From: Patescibacteria group bacterium
Lineage (GTDB): Bacteria > Patescibacteriota > Minisyncoccia > Phycocordibacterales > CAIZLB01
Assembly: GCA_040384445.1 (NCBI GenBank)
Contig: JAZKJG010000001.1
Location: forward strand, 249,483 to 313,482
DNA length: 64,000 nucleotides
Direction: 5' to 3'
Translations under genes and position numbers: made by a program
Shown here: positions 50,117 to 58,341 of the stretch, in pieces
Numbering within the stretch: the first letter of the stretch is position 1
Layout of the letters: each line of letters opens with the position of its first letter
The notes under the pieces: generated by a model
The model's input: only the letters and a program-made list of their open reading frames with translations
Database searches by the model: none
What the model was told of the DNA's origin: nothing

Positions 50117-51001
50117 ATGAAAACCTTACCGTACACATACCTAGGTCCCATTGGTACCACATTTTCTGCAGTTGCTTGGAAGCATTTCGTAAAACTATTT
50201 GGTGCACCTGATGGAGATGAGGTGAATTGTTTGCCAGCAGTGGCAAATGGAGACATCCTGAAAAGAGTAATGAGTCACCACGGCTATGGAGCTGTTGCTA
50301 TAACTACAAAATGCAGAGGAAAACTAAGAGAGTCATTAGATCCGTACGCAGATCTTTTGCTTCATTACTCTTCAAACGATGAGTGTCCGTTCACTGTAAT
50401 TGGTGCAGTCAACCTTAAGCTCAATTTCTGCCTGATGGCTAAGTCTACAGCTTCTATCACATCACTCAAAGGAGTTCTTTCTCATGAGGTTGGACTAGCA
50501 GCTTGCAAGAAATACATCAAAAAGCATGGTTTGGAAGAAATTAAAATGCAGACCAATGGACTTGCAGCTCGCGCTATAGCAAGTGAGGAAAAATATTCTC
50601 AGTTTGCTGCATTGGGTCCCTGTGAAGCCGCTGAAATATACGACCTCAACATCCTTGAGGAAAATGTGCAGGACAAGGAAGCATTTACATTGTTTACACT
50701 CGTAGGACCAAAGCAGCATAAAATCATACACGCAGAAAACAATTTGGCCATAGTAGTCTTCAATATACCAAATAGTCCAAATTCTCTCACACATGTTTTA
50801 TCACTGTTTGGTAGCCCAGGTTTAAATTTATCGTATATCCACCTCACTCATATTGAGGATTCGGAACGATATAATTTTCTCATAACAATGGAGGTACACA
50901 GAGATCAAATCCCTGACTTTAATCTGGCGATTCAACTCCTAGGTGAACAGGTCACTAGAAAATTCCTCACCTTCGGACCATTCCCAGTCATCCAAAAGTA
51001 G
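50117..51001 (+). CDS. Prephenate dehydratase-fold protein with ACT domain (divergent; cassette)
   Basis: YLGP.GT.FS, SH...LA.C, C-terminal ACT; own TTGACA and terminator 51014-51045. Confidence 0.72.
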   Translation: MKTLPYTYLGPIGTTFSAVAWKHFVKLFGAPDGDEVNCLPAVANGDILKRVMSHHGYGAVAITTKCRGKLRESLDPYADLLLHYSSNDECPFTVIGAVNLKLNFCLMAKSTASITSLKGVLSHEVGLAACKKYIKKHGLEEIKMQTNGLAARAIASEEKYSQFAALGPCEAAEIYDLNILEENVQDKEAFTLFTLVGPKQHKIIHAENNLAIVVFNIPNSPNSLTHVLSLFGSPGLNLSYIHLTHIEDSERYNFLITMEVHRDQIPDFNLAIQLLGEQVTRKFLTFGPFPVIQK

Positions 51002-51056
51002 GATAAAACCTCAAACCCCGGACGTCACATCAACGTTCCGGGGTTCTTTTATATAC

Positions 51057-51079
51057 AGTACCTTGCACTACATAGTACT
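51057..51079 (+). promoter_or_regulatory. Candidate PadR operator
   Basis: AGTAC-N13-GTACT inverted repeat over -35 TTGCAC upstream of padR. Confidence 0.55.
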
Positions 51080-51097
51080 ATATGATACATTTTAGAT

Positions 51098-51436
51098 ATG
51101 CCAATAAAAGATTCACAAATCGAAAACACAAAAGCGCAAATGAGAAAAGGAACTCTTGAGTTTTGTATTCTACTTATTATTGCTCGTGGACGTGTATACG
51201 CTTCTGAAATTCTAGAAGAATTAAAAAGTTCTGACATGATTGTTGTCGAAGGAACACTCTATCCCCTTTTGAGTAGATTACGAACTGCCGGACTCTTAGA
51301 ACATACATGGGAAGAATCACGGAGTGGACCACCTCGGAAATACTACACCCTCACTCCAGATGGAAAAGAAAGTTTGCACGACTTAAAGACAACATGGAAA
51401 AAATTATCAGCATCAATAACTACACTTACAAAATAA
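51098..51436 (+). CDS. PadR family regulator
   Basis: QMRKGTLE, EGTLYPLLSRL, GPPRKYY. Confidence 0.95.
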   Translation: MPIKDSQIENTKAQMRKGTLEFCILLIIARGRVYASEILEELKSSDMIVVEGTLYPLLSRLRTAGLLEHTWEESRSGPPRKYYTLTPDGKESLHDLKTTWKKLSASITTLTK

Positions 51437-51440
51437 CTAT

Positions 51441-53144
51441 ATGAAAAAAGCACTCCAAATAACACTCGCAGGAAATCTCTTCACCATAGAAGAAGATGCG
51501 TACAACACATTACATAGTTACCTTACCTCTATTAAAGAGTATTTTACACACATAACTGATAGTGATGATGTTGTTGAAGATATTGAGGCTCGTATTGCCG
51601 AGCAACTGTTGGAGAAAATAAAACATCACAACAATATTGTAACTCTCACTGATGTGGATCATGTTATGGAGTCAATGGGAACTATTGAAGAAATCAGTGG
51701 TACGTCCACTACAGAACCTACAAAAACAAATACAGCAGAGGAATCTACTCCAACTCGAAGATTGTATAGAAGCGCAGATGATGTTGTAATCGCCGGAGTC
51801 GCTTCTGGAGTGGCATCATATTTTGGAGTAGATACATTTGCAATGAGAATAGTATTTGTTCTTGCACTTATGGCAACAGGAGGAGGATTTATCTTTGTAT
51901 ACATTGCAGCCGCACTTTTAATCCCTCAAGCAAAAACTGCAACTGATAAGGTAAAAATGAAAGGTGGTCCAGTGACACTCGCTTCATTTAAAGACACATT
52001 TAACGAACAAATGGATGCGGTAAAAGTAAACAGTTCATCCCTTCGACAAACTGTAGAGAAAATGTTTTACATGATTGGAAATATTATAAGAACAATTGTT
52101 AAAGTTATTGTAAAAATAATTGGAGCATTTCTTGTGGTTGGCGCTGCATTTGCTAGTTTTGTACAAATTTTTATTGCAGGCAATCTTCTCTTTAACTACA
52201 ATTCTCCGTATATTGATTTTCCTCTTACACAAGTAATTTCACAACCAATCTATTATCTTCTTATTCTTATTGCATTCTTAACAGTCTTCATTCCGACACT
52301 ATTTGTAGGCTCACTTGGAATAATGATTCTGTCGCGTAAATCAAGAATAAGTAATACAACAGCTATGATTTTGGGTGGAATCTGGATTATTGCAGTTATA
52401 CTTGCAGGAACTCTTGGATTTAGAACAGGTCTTGATGTACAACAAAAAATCAAGAGTTTACCTGAGTATCAATCAGCAACTCAAACTCTTGAGCAAAGTC
52501 CATTTACAGGAATAGAACTTCACGGAAGACACGAAGTGACATATGTTGAAAGTGATATCTATAAAGTAACTGTACAAGGACGACAAATTGATATCGACAA
52601 AGCACTCATAATTGTTGAGAATAATATTTTGAAAATTGATACTGCACCTCGAAAAGATTTCTGTCTTATCTGTATGGATGGTGAAAGATTACAAATAGAA
52701 GTAGCAGCTCCAAGTATGAATTCAGTATTTATTGATGACGTAGGACATTTCAAATCATCAAATCTCGATGCTGAAAATATTTCAATTACAATAAAAGATG
52801 CAGGTTCTGCACACATTGGCGTAAACGCAAAAATCCTGCATGTCGATGTTGAACAAGCAGGAAGATTGAGAATGCATGGCACATCGACAGATGTAACACT
52901 TTTACTTGAAGATGCAGCACGATTTGATGGAGACGAATTAGCGATGACAAATGTAACTGCAACACTGAAGGATGGTGGACGTGCTCACATTGAAGCAACG
53001 GGCTCAATACAAATTACTGCTGCAGATGGAGCTCGAGCTACGTATGTAGGAACGAATCCAAACATCACGATTGAAGATGGTGCGCGAGTTGAGAATGTGA
53101 GTTCAAGCACAAAGAGAGCTGTTGATCTTTCAAATAGTTATTAG
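51441..53144 (+). CDS. PspC domain membrane protein with C-terminal DUF2807/GIN-like adhesin domain
   Basis: IEEDAY, DIEARIAE, RRLYRS...IAGVASGVA.YFG, beta-repeat C terminus. Confidence 0.85.
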   Translation: MKKALQITLAGNLFTIEEDAYNTLHSYLTSIKEYFTHITDSDDVVEDIEARIAEQLLEKIKHHNNIVTLTDVDHVMESMGTIEEISGTSTTEPTKTNTAEESTPTRRLYRSADDVVIAGVASGVASYFGVDTFAMRIVFVLALMATGGGFIFVYIAAALLIPQAKTATDKVKMKGGPVTLASFKDTFNEQMDAVKVNSSSLRQTVEKMFYMIGNIIRTIVKVIVKIIGAFLVVGAAFASFVQIFIAGNLLFNYNSPYIDFPLTQVISQPIYYLLILIAFLTVFIPTLFVGSLGIMILSRKSRISNTTAMILGGIWIIAVILAGTLGFRTGLDVQQKIKSLPEYQSATQTLEQSPFTGIELHGRHEVTYVESDIYKVTVQGRQIDIDKALIIVENNILKIDTAPRKDFCLICMDGERLQIEVAAPSMNSVFIDDVGHFKSSNLDAENISITIKDAGSAHIGVNAKILHVDVEQAGRLRMHGTSTDVTLLLEDAARFDGDELAMTNVTATLKDGGRAHIEATGSIQITAADGARATYVGTNPNITIEDGARVENVSSSTKRAVDLSNSY

Positions 53145-53599
53145 ATTTGTTGTGATTTACTTTTCACACATATTCCCGCAATTACACCAATCAAAAGACC
53201 AAACACGAGAGCAAATACAAATTGTGCAGCCATATCTATTCCAATAATTTGTGTATTTGTTTTATCGGTCAACTTATACACTTCGCCGATAGAAGCCACG
53301 ATTTCAGGATTGATGAACGTGTAGTATGCAAGAAATATAAATGGTGAAATCAAACCAAAGACAAGGGAAATTTTAAGACTCTCTCTTATTGCCTCTTTGT
53401 ATGACAATATGCCTGCTCGTTCTTTTTTCTTAGAGACCATTCCCCAGATGATTACAATAACAGGTGCAATCATAAGAAATATAGTTTGAACCATAGCATG
53501 ATCTTCGAAAGACTGATTTCTTCCAGTAAACTCCATGATTGCTAAACAAATGATTGTAAGTGAGCAAAGTATGAGTGCAAATTTTGTATGGTTTTTCAT
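53141..53599 (-). CDS. DUF4199-like membrane protein
   Basis: Four TMs, YYTFINPE. Confidence 0.65.
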   Translation of the reverse strand: MKNHTKFALILCSLTIICLAIMEFTGRNQSFEDHAMVQTIFLMIAPVIVIIWGMVSKKKERAGILSYKEAIRESLKISLVFGLISPFIFLAYYTFINPEIVASIGEVYKLTDKTNTQIIGIDMAAQFVFALVFGLLIGVIAGICVKSKSQQI

Positions 53600-53647
53600 A
53601 TGTATGTAGTATATCAATAATACCGTGAAAAATCCCTAGCTAGGGAG

Positions 53648-54109
53648 CTAGTCTAGCTCACTCAACAGATTTTCAATATCAAGCTTTTCAGTTACCATTT
53701 CCACTTCTCCATCATTACTCACTTTCCATTCAGACCTCGGACGATCTACATATAACTCTAATCCAATATCATCAGGATCATTTAAATACAATGCTTCAGA
53801 TACTCCGTGATCAGCACTTCCTGTAAGTGGATAGTTTGCATCAATAAGTTTCTGTAGTGCTTGTGCGAGTGATTTTCGTGTTGGAAATAAAATTGCAAAA
53901 TGAAACAACCCTGAGTGACCTTTAGGCGGTGGAGTAACACCCTTACCTGCCCATGTGTTTAATCCAATATGATGATGGTAACCACCCGTAGAAAGAAATA
54001 CAGCAGAATCACCGTACCGAGTTGTAATTTCAAATCCCAGCAAATCTTTATAGAACGCGAGTGAGCGATCGAGATCTGCAACAGTAAGATGTACGTGACC
54101 TATATTCAT
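53648..54109 (-). CDS. VOC/glyoxalase (CatE-like)
   Basis: IGHVHL.V.DL, GGYHHHIGLNTW, DHGVSEALYL.DPD. Confidence 0.92.
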   Translation of the reverse strand: MNIGHVHLTVADLDRSLAFYKDLLGFEITTRYGDSAVFLSTGGYHHHIGLNTWAGKGVTPPPKGHSGLFHFAILFPTRKSLAQALQKLIDANYPLTGSADHGVSEALYLNDPDDIGLELYVDRPRSEWKVSNDGEVEMVTEKLDIENLLSELD

Positions 54110-54570
54110 TAGATTGTTTCCACCAAAGTCTTAAGTGCCTCAAGAGCTTTAGGCCATGCTTCATTCATATATGGAATAAATTCATCAATCACCATTAATT
54201 CAATTGTAAGCTCAGTTCCTCCTTCTTTTTCAATAACAGTATAATTCTCATGTGATCCTGCCCATTTTTGTACACGTTCACTTTCAGTATCTTCAACTCC
54301 ATCATTTATTTCACCAATATGTTTAAAAGAAATAAACTCGTTAGGAATATATTTTTCTACAACAGAAACCATTCCCCCGATGCTTTCTGGTTTTTCTGGA
54401 TTTGGTCCGAGGAAGTGGATTTTTGATCCTTCTGTTATTTCCCCTTCATACCATGACCCACCTTCGTTAAATGGAAGCGTCCAGATTTTATATGATTCTT
54501 TATCAAGCATTGTTGAGAGTACTTTCTCAGGCGATGCGTTGATGTGTGTTGTGAAGTGTAGTGTTTGCAT
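54109..54570 (-). CDS. SRPBCC family protein
   Basis: INASPEKV, Y..WT..F, WPKALEALK. Confidence 0.85.
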   Translation of the reverse strand: MQTLHFTTHINASPEKVLSTMLDKESYKIWTLPFNEGGSWYEGEITEGSKIHFLGPNPEKPESIGGMVSVVEKYIPNEFISFKHIGEINDGVEDTESERVQKWAGSHENYTVIEKEGGTELTIELMVIDEFIPYMNEAWPKALEALKTLVETI

Positions 54571-54584
54571 ATGGTTATTATAAA

Positions 54585-54821
54585 TTATTTTTGTTTTTTT
54601 GAAAATATATCTAGTTTTTTAAAGGTTATATATATCCCTAAAGGTACAATTATTAATATGAATGGATCATAAAATTTAATTATCCCTAGTTGAATGAAAA
54701 CAGTCTGAAAAAGCCTATCTGCAGATGTTGCCCATAAACTACCTAAAAATCCAAGCATAACACCTAAAGCCAATAATCCTATATTGAAATTATATTCATT
54801 GGGTTTAATTTTATTAGACAT
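54585..54821 (-). CDS. AT-rich small membrane protein
   Basis: 78 aa from MSNKIKP, two TMs. Confidence 0.5.
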   Translation of the reverse strand: MSNKIKPNEYNFNIGLLALGVMLGFLGSLWATSADRLFQTVFIQLGIIKFYDPFILIIVPLGIYITFKKLDIFSKKQK

Positions 54822-55236
54822 AATATTTTTTATTATTTTTATACGCATCAAAAGAAAGCTTACACAAATCAAACATCGGCTCAGGGATACTATCCAGATC
54901 ATACCAATCCCAACCCTCCGTCTTCTCTGGCTCAATCACCTGAGGCTCACCACTTTCCCATTCTGCAGTCATAGTTAAGTGTACATAATGTTTTGGTGCA
55001 TATTGTTTTGCATTTGTTAAATATAAAAACTGTAAATTTTTAATCTCTATTCCAGTTTCTTCTTTAGTTTCTCGAATTGCACACTCTTCAAATGATTCCA
55101 TGTATTCAAGATGTCCTCCTGGAAAACTATACTCACCAGCACCATGAGATCCTTTTCGTTTAGACATTAACACTTTCCCATTTTTGAATATCATCACGCC
55201 CACTCCAACTTTAGTTATATGTTGTGAATTTTCCAT
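54814..55236 (-). CDS. NUDIX hydrolase (NUDT15/MutT-like)
   Basis: GGHLEYMESFEECAIRETKEETGI, EPEK. Confidence 0.92.
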   Translation of the reverse strand: MENSQHITKVGVGVMIFKNGKVLMSKRKGSHGAGEYSFPGGHLEYMESFEECAIRETKEETGIEIKNLQFLYLTNAKQYAPKHYVHLTMTAEWESGEPQVIEPEKTEGWDWYDLDSIPEPMFDLCKLSFDAYKNNKKYYV

Positions 55237-55313
55237 ATGTGAATATTACCATTTCCATCATTTGCTATTTACCCCAAAACATGACATAGTGTTCCTCAGA
55301 ACCTTCCATCTTT

Positions 55314-55571
55314 ATGCACCCTACAACAAACACACCCGCCCCTCCCTTGTGGAGTTCCCTATTCTGGTTTGGACTCATTGCCTTCATCTTACAGGAAAAA
55401 GGCATGCTCACCTTCGGCATCTGCCTATTTGCCGTCCTGTTTCTTGCAATGACTTATGCAGTCAAATGCAGGATCAATACAGGAAACAAGTGGGTAGCCA
55501 CACTCGTAGCAACTCTCTGGAGCCTTGCAATTGGTCTCTGGTTTACCTACCTCAAAGCCTTCCGTGTATGA
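55314..55571 (+). CDS. Orphan small membrane protein (cassette)
   Basis: 85 aa, three TMs. Confidence 0.6.
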   Translation: MHPTTNTPAPPLWSSLFWFGLIAFILQEKGMLTFGICLFAVLFLAMTYAVKCRINTGNKWVATLVATLWSLAIGLWFTYLKAFRV

Positions 55572-55816
55572 ACAATAATCAGTCCTTCATTCCATCATAC
55601 GGTTCATTCCTTATCCTCGCCTTGTCTGCTTCCATTTTTTATTTCTGCGGAAAGGAAAGCGGGTATGCATTGATGTTCTGGATTGGAGCAGGATCATTCA
55701 CTTTTGCAGCCCTCATGTTTCTCCGACACAACGGGGATCTGCACTTGAGAAATATCTTAGCTTGCATCCTTTCTTTTGCATTCGCCTTCGCATTCTTTAA
55801 GCTCGCCCGAGGATAA
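55568..55816 (+). CDS. Orphan small membrane protein (cassette)
   Basis: 82 aa from MNNNQS, ATGA overlap with the previous ORF, hairpin 55824-55857 follows. Confidence 0.6.
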   Translation: MNNNQSFIPSYGSFLILALSASIFYFCGKESGYALMFWIGAGSFTFAALMFLRHNGDLHLRNILACILSFAFAFAFFKLARG

Positions 55817-55908
55817 AACTCCCAACACCCACCAAGGTCACACTTGTGTGGGTTGTTTTTATATCACACCACAACATTTCAAAAACTTCTCCTGTATACT
55901 CTCTAGAT

Positions 55909-56541
55909 ATGACAAACATCACAAAAGCATTGCATTGGCGCTATGCAACAAAAAAATTTGATCTATCTAAAAAGATTTCTCCTGAGACACTTACAGATCT
56001 TAAAGAAAGTATCAGATTAGCACCTTCATCGTACGGACTACAACCATATACAATTATTGATGTTTCAATTCCAGAAATTAGAGAAAAATTAAAAGATGCT
56101 GCATACGGACAAACACAGCTCACAGATGCGTCACATCTTTTTGTGTTTGCTGTCCCTACAGATATGAATGAAGCTCATGCTGATGAGTTTATTAGTGCCC
56201 ATGCAACTATTCGCAATGTACCAGTTGAATCTCTTGCAGGATATGCAGGTATGATTAAAGATAATATCGCATCGAAAACAACTGAACAGAAAATTATATG
56301 GGCGGAAAAGCAGGCATATATTGCTCTTGGATTTTTACTTGAAACTGCAGCACTGCTTGAAGTGGATGCTGCTCCTATGGAAGGTTTTGAAGCAGCGAAA
56401 TTTGATGAGATTCTCGGATTAAAAGCAAAGAATCTGACCACTGCAGTTATCTGCCCCATTGGATACCGCGCACACGATGATGAATATGCAAATCAACCAA
56501 AGGTACGAAAAACTGAGAGTGAATTGTTTTTGAGTCTATAA
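55909..56541 (+). CDS. NfsB-like nitroreductase
   Basis: WRYATKKFD, LAPSSYGLQP, QAYIALG, PMEGF. Confidence 0.93.
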   Translation: MTNITKALHWRYATKKFDLSKKISPETLTDLKESIRLAPSSYGLQPYTIIDVSIPEIREKLKDAAYGQTQLTDASHLFVFAVPTDMNEAHADEFISAHATIRNVPVESLAGYAGMIKDNIASKTTEQKIIWAEKQAYIALGFLLETAALLEVDAAPMEGFEAAKFDEILGLKAKNLTTAVICPIGYRAHDDEYANQPKVRKTESELFLSL

Positions 56542-57876
56542 TTTTACCTCCATCAACTCCTCCCACACTGTCGTAAACCTCGGACTCATAAGATTACGCT
56601 TCATGCCCCAGCCTGAAGCGTTTTTCTTTGCAGAATTAATTCTCTTCAACTTATCAGGAGTACCCTGTGATGCCAACACAAGAGAATGTTGTCCATACTT
56701 TTTATTTATCCTATCAAGAGCATCCATCACTTCGTTTTTATCTGTATTCATAAAATCAAACAACGAATTCACTTGTGACGATTCAGGATTCAAATCATTA
56801 AACACAACTCCCGCTTTTACATATTGAAACAGCTCTCCATTATTCGCATATTTTTTAAAACATTTTTTAAATAAATTAAACGCAACTCTGTTTAAAATAA
56901 ATGTATCGTTTGTAGCTCGTACTAAGTTAGCTGATGCAGTCCCTTGATACCTAAGCTCCGCATGACGGCCAGTTGAAATATATACCGTAATTCTCGAGCA
57001 GATTAATTTTTCTTGCCGTAACTTTTCTGCCCCTCTTCCAATGTGTGTTGATACTGCTTGGAGTATCAATTTTGGATCAGTTACTTTTTGACCGAACATT
57101 CGACTCCGAATTAAACTCTTTCTCTGCTCACCTACAAGATCGAGAAATATACACGGAATTCCTTTAAGCTCTAGACATGTTCGCTCTAACACTACGTTAT
57201 ACTTTTTCCGCATTGCTAAAGGTTCAGCATTCATCAAATCTCGTGCCGTCAACAATCCAACATCTTGTAGTCTTCTTCCCCACGCTCGTCCAACACCCCA
57301 CACATCAGTGATACTTAAATTTTCTATAAACGTTGCTTTATCCTCATGCTCCCAAAAACATACACATGGTATCTTTTTCGCTTTCAATAATTTCTTCGCA
57401 TATTCACTTCCAACTTTGGCAAGTGTTTTTGTTTCAGCAATAGAAATTCGAACTGGAATACCAGTACCCTTAAGAACCTCTCTGTACATAGTCTCCGCAA
57501 GATTTTGTAAACGTATTCGCTCATCTGCAATATTATCTTCATCAGTATTTAAATAAATAAAAGCCTCATCAATAGAACACTGTTCAACCTCATCGCTAAA
57601 TCGTGAGATCACCTGCATTACTCTTCTACTCATATCTGCATACAAACAATAGTTAGAGGAAAATACTGAAACCTTAAATTCCTCAAGTGTTTTCTTTACT
57701 TGATAAAACGGTGTACCTACCATCACACCGAGAGCTTTTACTTCTGGAGTAAGTGATACGACGGCCCCATCATTGTTCGACAATACGCATATTGGTTTAT
57801 CTTTTAAATCAGGCCGAAATGCCCGCTCGCATGAACAGTAAAAAGATGAGCAATCGATGAGTGCAAAGAGTTTCAT
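56536..57876 (-). CDS. umuC: DNA polymerase V catalytic subunit
   Basis: DCSSFYCSCE, VLSNNDG, SIDEAF, SPRFTT.W. Confidence 0.94.
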   Translation of the reverse strand: MKLFALIDCSSFYCSCERAFRPDLKDKPICVLSNNDGAVVSLTPEVKALGVMVGTPFYQVKKTLEEFKVSVFSSNYCLYADMSRRVMQVISRFSDEVEQCSIDEAFIYLNTDEDNIADERIRLQNLAETMYREVLKGTGIPVRISIAETKTLAKVGSEYAKKLLKAKKIPCVCFWEHEDKATFIENLSITDVWGVGRAWGRRLQDVGLLTARDLMNAEPLAMRKKYNVVLERTCLELKGIPCIFLDLVGEQRKSLIRSRMFGQKVTDPKLILQAVSTHIGRGAEKLRQEKLICSRITVYISTGRHAELRYQGTASANLVRATNDTFILNRVAFNLFKKCFKKYANNGELFQYVKAGVVFNDLNPESSQVNSLFDFMNTDKNEVMDALDRINKKYGQHSLVLASQGTPDKLKRINSAKKNASGWGMKRNLMSPRFTTVWEELMEVKL

Positions 57877-58271
57877 TTTCGAAGTATTCGAGCAAAACCT
57901 GTAACCACTCCCCAGATCTGCACATCTTGTTCACTCTCAGGGATGATGTCAGGAAATTCTTCGTTCGACGCTTCGAAGATAATGCAGCTTCCTTTTTTTC
58001 TAAATGTTTTAACCGTAAATTCACTATCAATTACCGCAATTACAATATCTCCGTCACGAGCATCCAAATCTCTGCGCACATGTAAAATATCACCTGGCAT
58101 AATGCCAGAATTTTTCATCGACATTCCAACAGCCCTCACGTAAAAAGATGTTGCTTCATCAACTTGAAACAAATCATTTATATCTATATTTTTTTCCAAA
58201 TAGTCATCTGCTTGAGATGGAAATCCTGCCTGAACTTGAGTTGTAAAAAATGGGATTGTTTTCGCGAGCAT
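57873..58271 (-). CDS. umuD: DNA polymerase V UmuD subunit
   Basis: QAGFPSQA.DY, GMSM, EFTVK. Confidence 0.94.
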   Translation of the reverse strand: MLAKTIPFFTTQVQAGFPSQADDYLEKNIDINDLFQVDEATSFYVRAVGMSMKNSGIMPGDILHVRRDLDARDGDIVIAVIDSEFTVKTFRKKGSCIIFEASNEEFPDIIPESEQDVQIWGVVTGFARILRK

Positions 58272-58278
58272 GGTGTAA

Positions 58279-58294
58279 GTGTACCACGGTTCAC
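58279..58294 (-). promoter_or_regulatory. SOS box GTGAAC-N4-GTACAC overlapping the -10 of umuD
   Basis: 14/16 identical to the lexA operon box. Confidence 0.85.
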
Positions 58295-58306
58295 CACTTT
58301 ACTACT
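58289..58306 (+). repeat. 18-bp exact direct repeat copy 1
   Basis: gttcaccactttactact = 61331-61348. Confidence 0.92.
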
Positions 58307-58341
58307 GTAGAGATTTGTTTGGTTTTAATTGCAAACTACAC

